Shown here: piece by piece, positions 1 through 8,171 of the stretch
How positions within the stretch are numbered: position 1 is the first letter of the stretch
How the letters are laid out: each line of letters starts with the position of its first letter
From: a bacterium
Lineage (GTDB): Bacteria; RBG-13-66-14
Length of the DNA stretch: 64,000 bases
Assembly (NCBI GenBank): GCA_035528375.1
Contig: DATKYS010000051.1
Location: 4,503-68,502 of the forward strand
Direction: 5' to 3'
Position numbers and translations under genes: made by a program
The notes under the pieces: generated by a model
Databases searched by the model: none
What the model saw: only the letters and a program-made list of their open reading frames with translations
What the model was told of the DNA's origin: nothing

Positions 1-397
1 CCTCCCGGTCGGTCCGCTCGACCATCGCCCCCTTGTCGCACTTCCAGCGGTCGGGCTCGCGGAAGTAGCCGCAGCAGCAGTCGCAGCAGAAGCAGATGCC
101 GTCGGCGCGCTCCGGTGTCACCTCGCGCCAGGGCCGTGCGACCAGGCGCTTCTGCCCGGCCTCGCGCAGGATGGCCAGGGCCTCCTCGCGGCTGATGGCC
201 CACGGGGCGCCGTCATCGCTGACCTCCTTCGCCCCGGGGAACATGAGGCACACGTCGGTGCGCGACCGTTCGCAGCCGCCCACCTCCTCGCGGCAGCCGC
301 AGTTGGTGAGCCGAAAGCCGCTCTGAGCCTCGATGAGCCGACGGGCCTCCTCGTGGGAGCATACACAGTGGATGTTGAAACCGCGCTCGTCCGTCAC
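1..397 (-). CDS. Cysteine-rich protein (CxxC..CFCCDCCCGY motifs), C-terminus truncated by window edge; possible Fe-S/metal-binding protein
   Basis: Manual translation of the minus strand from GTG at 397: VTDERGFNIHCVCSHEEARRLIEAQSGFRLTNCGCREEVGGCER...ICFCCDCCCGYFREPDRWKCDKG. The frame has no stop before the window edge. The GTG start overlaps the stop of the upstream VOC gene (GTGA). Confidence 0.4.
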   Translation of the reverse strand, partial: MTDERGFNIHCVCSHEEARRLIEAQSGFRLTNCGCREEVGGCERSRTDVCLMFPGAKEVSDDGAPWAISREEALAILREAGQKRLVARPWREVTPERADGICFCCDCCCGYFREPDRWKCDKGAMVERTDRE

Positions 398-756
398 TTG
401 CCCCCCTCGAGCGGCTTGAACACGCCGAACAGGGAGCCGTCGGGGTCGGAGAGGATGGAGAAGTTTCCGAGCTCGGGCGCCTCCTGGATGTCGGAGACCA
501 CGTCGCCGCCGAGCTTTTTGACCTTTTTCATATAGGGCTCCAGCTCGTCCACCTGGAAGTAGAGCAGCGGCCGGACGCTCGGCTCCAGATCGTCCACCTG
601 GGCCAGGGCGCCGGAGAGGCCCGAGGGCGTGTGGAACAGGATGTAGTTGTCGGCCCAGGGGATGAACTCCCAGCCGAAGAGGCCCTCGAAGAATTTCCGG
701 GTCGCCTCGATGTCGGTGCAGCCCCACTCGAAGTGGTACAGGTCGTGCTCGGCCAT
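394..756 (-). CDS. VOC-family (glyoxalase/bleomycin-resistance/dioxygenase fold) protein
   Basis: 120-aa ORF (MAEHDLYHFEWGCTDIEATRKFFEGLFGWEF...) with the typical small VOC-domain layout. It is a paralog of the ORF at 1662..2024. Confidence 0.75.
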   Translation of the reverse strand: MAEHDLYHFEWGCTDIEATRKFFEGLFGWEFIPWADNYILFHTPSGLSGALAQVDDLEPSVRPLLYFQVDELEPYMKKVKKLGGDVVSDIQEAPELGNFSILSDPDGSLFGVFKPLEGGK

Positions 757-815
757 GCCCCTCCCTTTCTGCAGTTATTCCAAGCGTCTCATAAACAAAA
801 TTACTGAATCAGATT

Positions 816-1589
816 TCACGCTTTTGCTTCTTTTTTAGTCTTGGATTTCGCGACAGATTTAGCGGCCTGCTTCAAAAAGTCCGCCGCTTGTTTCGCCTCT
901 TCGCCGTCCACAGTTTCTCTTTTAAGCACCTCATTTTGTAACTGTGCTTTAAGTTGATCCACTTGAATCTTGATGTTACCGCCAATATGCCTGAGTTCCC
1001 GCTTTAGCGCTTGAAGCATTGGCGGGCTGGTAAGGACTGCGGCAATTGAGAATTTGCTTGTTACTTGTTGCCGCTGGTAAAAAGCTGTCATGGATGATTG
1101 TGTAAAGCCTTCCCGGCTGAGGTTGCCGAAACACTCTATTAACTGCTGGTTACGTACGTTTTTTTGCAGGAGGTTAGTTTGAAAAATCAACGATTTGTCT
1201 ATGGGCTTGTGGAAGTGGATTTTATAAATCTGCCAAATTGCACCATTTGTGAGCACTACCCACTCTACACCGTGGTTTGCCCCATAGTCTAAAGCCTGCT
1301 TGATATGGCTGTCTTTAAGGGCGACGCCGATTGCTTTAACTTCAATTAAAAAACGCACATCGGCACCGACTTTAACGGCTAGGTCCACATATGTACCCCG
1401 AATGGCAAATTCTGTCGTAATTTCGGTGTACTTGTTATAACCGAGTATATCGGCAAGCATGTCAGCGATGATGACTACTGTGTCCGATTCGCTGATATCA
1501 CGGTCTTGTGCATCCGAAAGAATTGGTTGATACTTCTTGAGTTGTTGCACTATTCTATCGGAAACCTTTTTAGAAACAGCCATTTCCAA
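816..1589 (-). CDS. PD-(D/E)xK restriction-endonuclease-like protein (HsdR-N-like nuclease core) with Lys-rich coiled-coil tail, in an AT-rich island
   Basis: 257-aa ORF. Motif ...GTYVDLAV...(19 aa)...FLIEVKAIG matches the D...(D/E)xK nuclease core. The C-terminus is KQAAKSVAKSKTKKEAKA. The local sequence is clearly AT-richer than its flanks. Confidence 0.55.
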   Translation of the reverse strand: MEMAVSKKVSDRIVQQLKKYQPILSDAQDRDISESDTVVIIADMLADILGYNKYTEITTEFAIRGTYVDLAVKVGADVRFLIEVKAIGVALKDSHIKQALDYGANHGVEWVVLTNGAIWQIYKIHFHKPIDKSLIFQTNLLQKNVRNQQLIECFGNLSREGFTQSSMTAFYQRQQVTSKFSIAAVLTSPPMLQALKRELRHIGGNIKIQVDQLKAQLQNEVLKRETVDGEEAKQAADFLKQAAKSVAKSKTKKEAKA

Positions 1590-1661
1590 ACCACCCCTTT
1601 ACTAAAAATTGACTAACGTGGATGGGAACCGGACGCCGCGGCCCGATCCCCCGTCAACACT

Positions 1662-2024
1662 CTAGCCCTTCGGCTTGTCCTGGTAGAGGCCGAGGAGGTT
1701 CCCGTCGGGGTCCTTGACGATGGCGAACCAGCCGACCTCGGGAATCTCGGTCTTCGGCGTGTGGATGCGCCCGCCCAGGCCCTCCACCCGCGCCAGGTAG
1801 GGCTCTATCTCGTCCACCTCGACGTGGACCAGGGTGCCGGAGCCGCCCCGCATCTTGTCCACCCGGTTGAGGCCGCCGCCGGGACCGCCGGGGGTCGAGA
1901 ACAACAGGTAGTCGTCGCCCCACCCATCGAACTTCCAGTCCACAAAGAGGCCGACGAGGAAACGCCGCGTCCGCTCGAGGTCGGTGGAATCGAACTCGAC
2001 GTGGCAGATGTCGTGCTTACCCAA
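1662..2024 (-). CDS. VOC-family (glyoxalase-like) protein, paralog of 394..756
   Basis: 120-aa ORF (MGKHDICHVEFDSTDLERTRRFLVGLFVDWKF...) of the same length and with the same motif positions as 394..756. Confidence 0.75.
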   Translation of the reverse strand: MGKHDICHVEFDSTDLERTRRFLVGLFVDWKFDGWGDDYLLFSTPGGPGGGLNRVDKMRGGSGTLVHVEVDEIEPYLARVEGLGGRIHTPKTEIPEVGWFAIVKDPDGNLLGLYQDKPKG

Positions 2025-2397
2025 GATTGACTCCTTTCGCTGAATTACCGCACCGGGATTGCTGTGGATTCTCCGCGGGACACCGAACCCGATACGCTTC
2101 CCCCCCGTCGGCGCTCCCTCCGGTCCGGGTAACGCCGGTTTTACGCAGGGAAAGGATACAAAACCGCCCCGTCTGTGGCAAGGGTTTTAGTGCTTCGCCG
2201 GACGGCGGCCCGTCGAATGCAGACTCGATTGGTCGGAACGGCCGCGCCCCCCGGTCACGACCGTGTTTTTTTCTTCCGGGTCTTGACGGCGGGGAAGTTT
2301 CGGCTATTTTACCCGGTGGCGGAGGGTGGGCGGCCCGACCCGCGTAAAAAAGCGGGGGGTTAGGAAAACCAGGGGTTCACGGGCCGCCCTCCCCTAA

Positions 2398-2426
2398 ACC
2401 GCCGGCCGAAAGGTCGGCTTTTTTTA
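2398..2426 (+). terminator. Rho-independent terminator-like hairpin (GCCGA-AAGG-TCGGC) followed by T7
   Basis: gccggccgaaaggtcggcttttttt. There is no plus-strand CDS upstream of it, so it may end a small untranslated transcript. Confidence 0.4.
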
Positions 2427-2439
2427 TCCCCCACCCAGA

Positions 2440-2484
2440 CGTGCTATACTGATAAATGATGATGGAAAGGAAAAGGAGGAAAAA
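2440..2484 (+). promoter_or_regulatory. Putative promoter (-10 TATACT) and strong RBS (AAGGAGG) for the DNRLRE-like gene cluster
   Basis: gtgctatactgataaatgatgatggaaaggaaaaggaggaaaaaATG. This AT-rich stretch sits immediately after the terminator hairpin. Confidence 0.4.
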
Positions 2485-3132
2485 ATGAGGGGAATCGTCA
2501 TCCTCGTCCTGGCAGCCGCGGTCGGAGTCTGGGCCGCGGAGTGGATCACCGTGGAAGCCGACGCCGACAGCTACGTCTACTACTACAAAGATGACACCGA
2601 AGAAGAACCGCAGTACGTGGACGATAACTTCGGTGGAGAAGTAGAACTTTCCGCCTGGTACATCAATTTCTATCGGCGATACCCCTCGCTGATTCAACGA
2701 CGCTCCTTCATCTATTTCGATTTCGAGGGGATGGATCCCCAAAGTAGCGTTCTCGAAGCGATTCTGTCCCTTTACATCACCTACCTGGATTGGGGCGGTA
2801 GGTTCTGGGTGTATCGCTGCCGTGAAGCGTGGGATGAATACGAGGTCACCTGGAACGACCAACCGTGGTTTTCCGAAATTCTCGGTTCATGGGACGATAC
2901 CTTCCCCCTTTACCAGTACAGCGACGTCGCGGAGCTCAATGCCGAAGAGATAGAACTGATAGTGGATAATCCGGACGACAATAACGGTATTATCATTTTG
3001 ACCTCTGAGGACTGGAATTGTGTTGATTTCTCCTCGCGCGAAGGGGGCTTCCCGCCTCGGCTGAAACTCCTGGTCAGCGGGGCCGACGTCGTGGAGGCGA
3101 GCTGGGGGGAGATAAAGGCGGCGTTCGAGTAG
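2485..3132 (+). CDS. Secreted DNRLRE-like domain protein (paralog 1 of 3), C-terminal SWGEIKAAFE tail
   Basis: Signal peptide MRGIVILVLAAAVGVWA. Contains YVDDNFGGE and EVTWNDQPW motifs of the DNRLRE-type domain. Ends ...EASWGEIKAAFE. Confidence 0.6.
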   Translation: MRGIVILVLAAAVGVWAAEWITVEADADSYVYYYKDDTEEEPQYVDDNFGGEVELSAWYINFYRRYPSLIQRRSFIYFDFEGMDPQSSVLEAILSLYITYLDWGGRFWVYRCREAWDEYEVTWNDQPWFSEILGSWDDTFPLYQYSDVAELNAEEIELIVDNPDDNNGIIILTSEDWNCVDFSSREGGFPPRLKLLVSGADVVEASWGEIKAAFE

Positions 3133-3140
3133 GAGGAGAC

Positions 3141-3806
3141 ATGAACAGGATTTGGCTCGTTTGCGCGGTCTTCCTGGCCGCCGCGTCCGTCGCTCCGGCC
3201 ACCGAGCAGGTCGTCAAACTGGAAACAGATGGCGACAGCTATGTTTGTAGGTTTTACGAGCCGTCAGTACCCCTTGAGTTTTACGTCGACGACAACTTCG
3301 GCGATGCATGGGAGTTACATGTATCGAACACGTACACGTACATTTCGGATCCGTGGTGGATGGAAGTGCTCGAAATGGCATACATGCACTTTGATTTCTC
3401 CGGGCTCGGCGAATACGACGGCGCGGATTTGGTCGAGGCTCAACTGGTATTCAATGCCACTGATGCTGTCGAGGGAGCGGTACTCGCCGCCAAGGTGGCC
3501 GGCCCCTGGGAGGAGATGAGCATCACCTACAGAAACCGACCGCCGCGGGGCGACAGTGTGGCCTCGTTCGACATGGTCGAGGGGTACAACTACGTGGACC
3601 TCAATGTCGGCAAAATCGCGCCCTGGGTTGACGCGCCGGATTTGGCCTACGGCATCCAGCTTGACCATGGGGGGAATGGTAGTTGGGATAACTACGGGGT
3701 ATTCTGCAGCCGGGAAACCGATTCACCACCGGAGCTCTGGCTGACCTTCTCGGAGCCCGCGGTCCAGGAATCGAGCTGGGGGGAGATTAAGGCGTCATTC
3801 GAATAG
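3141..3806 (+). CDS. Secreted DNRLRE-like domain protein (paralog 2), C-terminal SWGEIKASFE tail
   Basis: Signal peptide MNRIWLVCAVFLAAASVAPA. Contains YVDDNFGDAWE. Ends ...ESSWGEIKASFE. It starts 8 nt after paralog 1 and has its own GGAGG RBS. Confidence 0.6.
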   Translation: MNRIWLVCAVFLAAASVAPATEQVVKLETDGDSYVCRFYEPSVPLEFYVDDNFGDAWELHVSNTYTYISDPWWMEVLEMAYMHFDFSGLGEYDGADLVEAQLVFNATDAVEGAVLAAKVAGPWEEMSITYRNRPPRGDSVASFDMVEGYNYVDLNVGKIAPWVDAPDLAYGIQLDHGGNGSWDNYGVFCSRETDSPPELWLTFSEPAVQESSWGEIKASFE

Positions 3807-3814
3807 GAGGCGAA

Positions 3815-4462
3815 ATGAACAACAGAGGTCGGCTCGTTTGCGCGGTCTTCCTGGCCGTCGCGACCACCGTCACGGCTACGGTCCAGGTCGTCCTGGAGGC
3901 CGACGGGGACAGCTACGTCAAATACTACGAAGAGTGGGAGAGCGACCCGGAGTACGCCGACGACAACTTCGGCGGCGAGCCTCTGATGTATGTGCTGGAT
4001 AACTATTACCAGTGGGGCGAGGAATTCGAGATACCCTTCATGCACTTCGATTTCTCGGGGCTCGGCGACTACGATGGCACGTATCTGGTCGGGGCGCAGC
4101 TCGTACTCCACGCCGCGTCTTACGCTAATGGTTTGCAGCAAGCCCACGCGGTGGGGGGCGCCTGGGAGGAGATGACCATCACATTCAACAACTGTCCGGG
4201 GGCGGGTGCCCTGTTGGCCTCCTTCTACATGGACGGTGGAGACAACTACGTGGACCTCGACATCGGCCCCATCGCGCCCTGGGTGGACGCGCCGGAAACG
4301 GCCTACGGAATCCTTATCTTTGACACCGAGCAGGTGTGGGAGGACGATCCTCCGGGGACAATCTACACCCGGGAGACCGAAAACGCGCCGGAGCTTTGGT
4401 TGACCTTCTCGGGGCCCGCGGTCGAGGGGGCGAGCTGGGGGGAGATCAAGGCGGCGTTCTAG
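3815..4462 (+). CDS. Secreted DNRLRE-like domain protein (paralog 3), C-terminal SWGEIKAAF tail
   Basis: Signal peptide MNNRGRLVCAVFLAVATTVTA. Contains YADDNFGGE. Ends ...GASWGEIKAAF. Confidence 0.6.
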   Translation: MNNRGRLVCAVFLAVATTVTATVQVVLEADGDSYVKYYEEWESDPEYADDNFGGEPLMYVLDNYYQWGEEFEIPFMHFDFSGLGDYDGTYLVGAQLVLHAASYANGLQQAHAVGGAWEEMTITFNNCPGAGALLASFYMDGGDNYVDLDIGPIAPWVDAPETAYGILIFDTEQVWEDDPPGTIYTRETENAPELWLTFSGPAVEGASWGEIKAAF

Positions 4463-4469
4463 CGGTTTT

Positions 4470-4742
4470 TTCACCCGCGGGCGACCGTGGACGGTCGCCC
4501 CTACGGGGGGCGCTGGATATTGACGTAGGGGCGGGTGTCCACACCCGCCCGTTTTTATCGACAAACCGCGATGATGTAGGGGCCGACCGACGGCGCGCCG
4601 TTCAGGTCGGCCCGCGGGCGACCGTGGACGGTCGCCCCTACGGTGAACTGCACGGTTCTAAATGTAGGGCGGGGACTTCAGTCCCCGCCGCTTTACCCCC
4701 CACCCTGACCCCCCCCAGAGGGGGGAGGGGATAGGGGAAACC
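4470..4742. repeat. REP-like palindromic element cluster (GTAGGGGCGACCGTCCACGGTCGCCCCTAC, GTAGGGGCGGGTGTCCACACCCGCCC, GTAGGGGCCGACC..GGTCGGCCC, GTAGGGCGGGGA..TCCCCGCC, CCCC..GGGGAGGGG units)
   Basis: Several distinct imperfect palindromes bounded by GTAG...CTAC are packed between the paralog-3 stop and the hutH stop. Confidence 0.8.
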
Positions 4743-4743
4743 G

Positions 4744-6264
4744 TCAGTCCAGCGGGCCGATGACCCCCTCGGCGGCCGCCAGTATCGCCCCCGAGCGCAC
4801 CAACTCGGCCATCTCGTTATTGTCGGCGTAGAGCGGCCGGTCCTCGTCCAGGTGCGCCACGTGCTCCCGGACCAGCCCGTAAACGGCTTTAGTGGCCGGG
4901 GCGAACTCGGTGTCGCGGAAATCGCGCGCCTGGCAGGCGGCCATGATTTCGATTCCCAGCACGCCGGGCACGAGGTCCATTATCTGGCGCGTCTTCAGGG
5001 CGGTGGTCCAGCCCATCGAGACGAAGTCCTCCTGGTCCGCCGCGGCGGGGATGCTGCCCACGGCCGCCGGCGTCGAGAGCACCCGACACTCGCAGATCAT
5101 GGCCCCGGCGGTGTACTGGGCCAGCATCAACCCGGAGAACATCCCGCCGCCGTGGGTCAGGAACCCGGGCAGCCCCGCCGACAGCGCGGGGTTCATCAGG
5201 CGGTTGATGCGCCGCTCGGCGAGGACCGCCGCCGTCACCACGCCCATCGAGGCGTACTCCAGGGCCAGGGCCATGGGCGTGCCCTGGAAGTTGGCCCCGG
5301 CGACGACCTCGTCGTCCTCGGGGAAGAAGACCGGGTTGTCGCCGACGCCGTTGAGCTCGGTGAGGAATACCTCGCGGGCGTGGGCCAGGGCGGTGCGGGC
5401 CGGACCGGCGGACTGGGGCGTCGAACGCAGGGAGTACGCGTCCTGGACCTTTTTGCCCGGACGCATCAAAAGCGGCGACCCTTCGGTCAGCCGCCGGACG
5501 TTTTTCGCCACCGTGATCGAGCCCCCGTGCCCCCGGACGCGGTGCAGCCTTTCGTCGTAGCCCGACATGTTGACGTTGAGGACCTCGAGGGTCATGGCGG
5601 CGGCCACGTCCTGGGTCTTGAGCCAGGTCTCCATCTCCAACAACAGAAGCGAACCCAGGCCGTTGATGAAGTTGGAGCCGTTGATGGAGGCCAGGCCGTC
5701 GCGGGCCTCGTAGGCGATGACCGGCACACCGGCCCGGCGCATCGCCTCGGCCCCGGGCAGCCGCTCGCCCCCGTAGAACGCCTCCCCCTCGCCCATCGCC
5801 ACCAGCGCCATCTGACCCATGGGCGACAGGTCACCCGAGGCCCCCACGGACCCCCGGGTGCAGACCACCGGGGTCACCCCGGCGTTGAGCATGGCAGCCA
5901 TGGTCTCCGGCACCTCGCGCCGGCAGCCGGAATTGCCGTGGACCAGCACGTTTATCCGGCCGGTCATCGCCGCCCGCACCCACGGCTCGGGCATGGGCTC
6001 CCCGATTCCCGCCGCGTGCGAGTAGATCAGATACCGCTGGAAATCACGGGTCTGCTCCGGCGTGAGCACCGTCTCGGAGAACTCGCCGATGCCCGTGGTC
6101 ACCCCGTACATGACCTCGCGGTTTTTTATCTTGACCTCGCACATGGCCCGGCAGCGGTCCACGCGCTCCAGGGCCTCGGGGGGAATCTCCACCCGCTCGC
6201 GGCCCACCGCGACGGCCTTCAGCCGCTCGAGGGTGAGGTTCTCGCCGCTGAGGATGACGGGCAT
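4744..6264 (-). CDS. hutH: Histidine ammonia-lyase (MIO-dependent aromatic amino-acid lyase family)
   Basis: MPVILSGENLTLERL... with the MIO-forming motif GSVGASGDLSPMG. GGAGAG RBS is 4 nt upstream of the ATG at 6264. The 800-aa ORF in the track is an upstream in-frame read-through of this gene. Confidence 0.9.
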   Translation of the reverse strand: MPVILSGENLTLERLKAVAVGRERVEIPPEALERVDRCRAMCEVKIKNREVMYGVTTGIGEFSETVLTPEQTRDFQRYLIYSHAAGIGEPMPEPWVRAAMTGRINVLVHGNSGCRREVPETMAAMLNAGVTPVVCTRGSVGASGDLSPMGQMALVAMGEGEAFYGGERLPGAEAMRRAGVPVIAYEARDGLASINGSNFINGLGSLLLLEMETWLKTQDVAAAMTLEVLNVNMSGYDERLHRVRGHGGSITVAKNVRRLTEGSPLLMRPGKKVQDAYSLRSTPQSAGPARTALAHAREVFLTELNGVGDNPVFFPEDDEVVAGANFQGTPMALALEYASMGVVTAAVLAERRINRLMNPALSAGLPGFLTHGGGMFSGLMLAQYTAGAMICECRVLSTPAAVGSIPAAADQEDFVSMGWTTALKTRQIMDLVPGVLGIEIMAACQARDFRDTEFAPATKAVYGLVREHVAHLDEDRPLYADNNEMAELVRSGAILAAAEGVIGPLD

Positions 6265-6343
6265 CGGCTCTCCTTGTGCGTCGGTTACCGGGGGATGATA
6301 CACCGAACCGGGCGTCCGCTCAAGCCCGAACGACCGCCCGCGA

Positions 6344-6374
6344 TGTGAAAAACGGGGCGGCCTGCACCGCCCCG
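6344..6374 (-). terminator. Rho-independent terminator downstream of the flavodiiron gene
   Basis: Plus-strand gaaaaaCGGGGCGGcctgcaCCGCCCCG. On the minus strand this is a GC stem followed by TTTTTC. Confidence 0.55.
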
Positions 6375-6389
6375 TGACGCGGATTTTTC

Positions 6390-7568
6390 CTATTTCAACC
6401 CGGCTTCCCCGTGCTTTTCCGCCACGGTATCGGCCAGGCGGTCCAGGGCCTCGAAATCGGCCTTCCCGGCCAGCCCCTTGGCCAGCACCGGTTCGAGCAC
6501 CTCGACCTTCAGGTTGGGGATGAGGGAAGCCAGGGTCTCCACCGTCTTGCCGCCCCAGCCGTAGGAGCCGACTATGGAGAGGAACCGCGCCTTCGGCCGC
6601 AGCGCGTTGGCCAGAAGAGTCGCGTAGGCCGCCAGCGGGTGGGGACCGGCGAGGACCGTCGGCGTGCCGACGATTATCGTCGCGGCGTCCACCAGGGACA
6701 TCGCCAGCGCCCCGATGTCCACCGAGGCCAGATCGAAGCGCTCCACCCGCACCCCGCGCTCCGCCAGGCCCGCCGTGAGGTGATTGACCATCTCCAGGGT
6801 GCTCCCGTGCATCGAGACGAAGGGCAGCACCGCGATGTTCTTCGGCTCGCCGTTCACCCACCCGTCGTAGGCCTTGACGATGACCTCCGGCCGGGAGTGA
6901 ATCGGGCCGTGGCTCGGCGCGATGAGCTTGAATTCGTAGGGCTCCAGCTTCTTCAGATTCTTCGCGATGATACCGGCGAAGGGCATCATAATCTCGGCGT
7001 AGTACCGCTTGGCCGGACCGGCCACCACCCGCTCCCCGTCGGCGTAGAGCTCGCTCGTCGCCAGGTGCGAGCCGAAGAAATCGCAACTGAAGAGGATTTT
7101 GTCCTCCTCGAGGTAGGTCACGAAGGTCTCCGGCCAGTGGACCCACGGCGTGTAGATGAACTTGAGCGTCTTGCCGCCCAGGTCCAGCGTCTCCCCGTCG
7201 GCCACCACCTTGAACCGCTCCTCCGGGACCCGCAGGAGGTCCATGAGCATCCCCTTGGCCCTCTCGGAGGTGACGAGCTTCGCGTCGGGGAACATCGCCA
7301 AAACGTCGGGGATGGAGCCGGAGTGGTCCTGCTCGGCGTGGTGGGCGACGAGGTAGTCCAGGCGCTTTACGCCCTCGAGCTGTTCGAGAAGGATGCCCCT
7401 CATCGGCGGGTCAACCGTGTCCAGGAGGACGGTCTTGTCGCGCCCGCGGACGAGGTAGGCGTTGTAACTTGTGCCGTCGGGCAGGGGGATGAGCTGGTCG
7501 AAGAGCCGGCGGTCCCAGTCCACGGCGCCGAGCCAGTGCACGTTTTCGGTAATCTTGCGCGGTTTCAT
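6390..7568 (-). CDS. Flavodiiron protein (metallo-beta-lactamase-like diiron domain + flavodoxin domain; O2/NO reductase)
   Basis: MKPRKITENVHWLGAVDWDRRLFDQ..., H-x-H-x-D-H motif YLVAHHAEQDHSGS, and a C-terminal flavodoxin-like domain. AAGGGAGG RBS before the ATG at 7568. Confidence 0.85.
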   Translation of the reverse strand: MKPRKITENVHWLGAVDWDRRLFDQLIPLPDGTSYNAYLVRGRDKTVLLDTVDPPMRGILLEQLEGVKRLDYLVAHHAEQDHSGSIPDVLAMFPDAKLVTSERAKGMLMDLLRVPEERFKVVADGETLDLGGKTLKFIYTPWVHWPETFVTYLEEDKILFSCDFFGSHLATSELYADGERVVAGPAKRYYAEIMMPFAGIIAKNLKKLEPYEFKLIAPSHGPIHSRPEVIVKAYDGWVNGEPKNIAVLPFVSMHGSTLEMVNHLTAGLAERGVRVERFDLASVDIGALAMSLVDAATIIVGTPTVLAGPHPLAAYATLLANALRPKARFLSIVGSYGWGGKTVETLASLIPNLKVEVLEPVLAKGLAGKADFEALDRLADTVAEKHGEAGLK

Positions 7569-7619
7569 GGGCCTCCCTTGATTGAATATTTCGCTTTCGA
7601 CACACCGATATTCTAGCAC

Positions 7620-8110
7620 AGATATTCCGACTGCTCAAGTCGGCTATTTGCCGACCGAATCCCCCGACGGTTTTTATACGCGGTAAGGTTGAACAGCCGT
7701 AGGGCGGGGACTCCTTTCCCCGCCGTTTTTTTTAAGGAAGCCCTCACCCCCATCCCCTCTCCCGGAGGGAGAGGGGGGCCGCTTCGACCCTCACCCCAAG
7801 CTGCGATGATGTAGGGGCGGGTCTTTAGACCCGCCCGCGGGCCGACATGAACGGCGCGCCGTCGGTCGGCCCCTACGAGGTTGACGCGCGATTCACACCT
7901 TAGCCGTAGGGGCGGGTGTCCACACCCGCCCGTTCGTTGCATCGGAGTGACTCAAAAGTAGGGCGGGGATTCCCATCCCCGCCGCGTTTTTTATAAGGTG
8001 GCCCTCACCCCCATCCCCTCTCCCGGAGGGAGAGGGGGACCGCTACACCCCCCTCCCCGGCCCGTAGGCAAGCCACTCCCCAAAGGGGAGAGGGGGAATA
8101 AGGCAGACCT
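7620..8110. repeat. Large REP-like palindromic element cluster (at least 8 units of 4 families, including two CCCTCACCCCCATCCCCTCTCCCGGAGGGAGAGGGG units)
   Basis: Contains gtagggcggggactcctttccccgcc, gtaggggcgggtctttagacccgccc, gtaggggcgggtgtccacacccgccc, gtagggcggggattcccatccccgcc and cccctctcccggagggagaggggg twice. Confidence 0.8.
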
Positions 8111-8171
8111 CCCACGGGGGGAGGGAAGCTTGGTATAATCACCCGGCAATCGAGCACCTGCGGAAACCCCC

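Noticed and set aside
3692-4564. 290-aa minus-strand ORF across DNRLRE paralogs 2-3
   Set aside because: It overlaps two well-supported signal-peptide genes. Its Pro/Arg/Gly-rich composition marks it as an antisense artefact.
4744-7146. 800-aa ORF in the track spanning hutH and 880 nt upstream
   Set aside because: The N-terminal 290 aa are low-complexity Arg/Gly/Pro-rich read-through of high-GC DNA. They overlap the flavodiiron gene on the same strand in another frame. The true start is MPVILSGE at 6264, which has a GGAGAG RBS.
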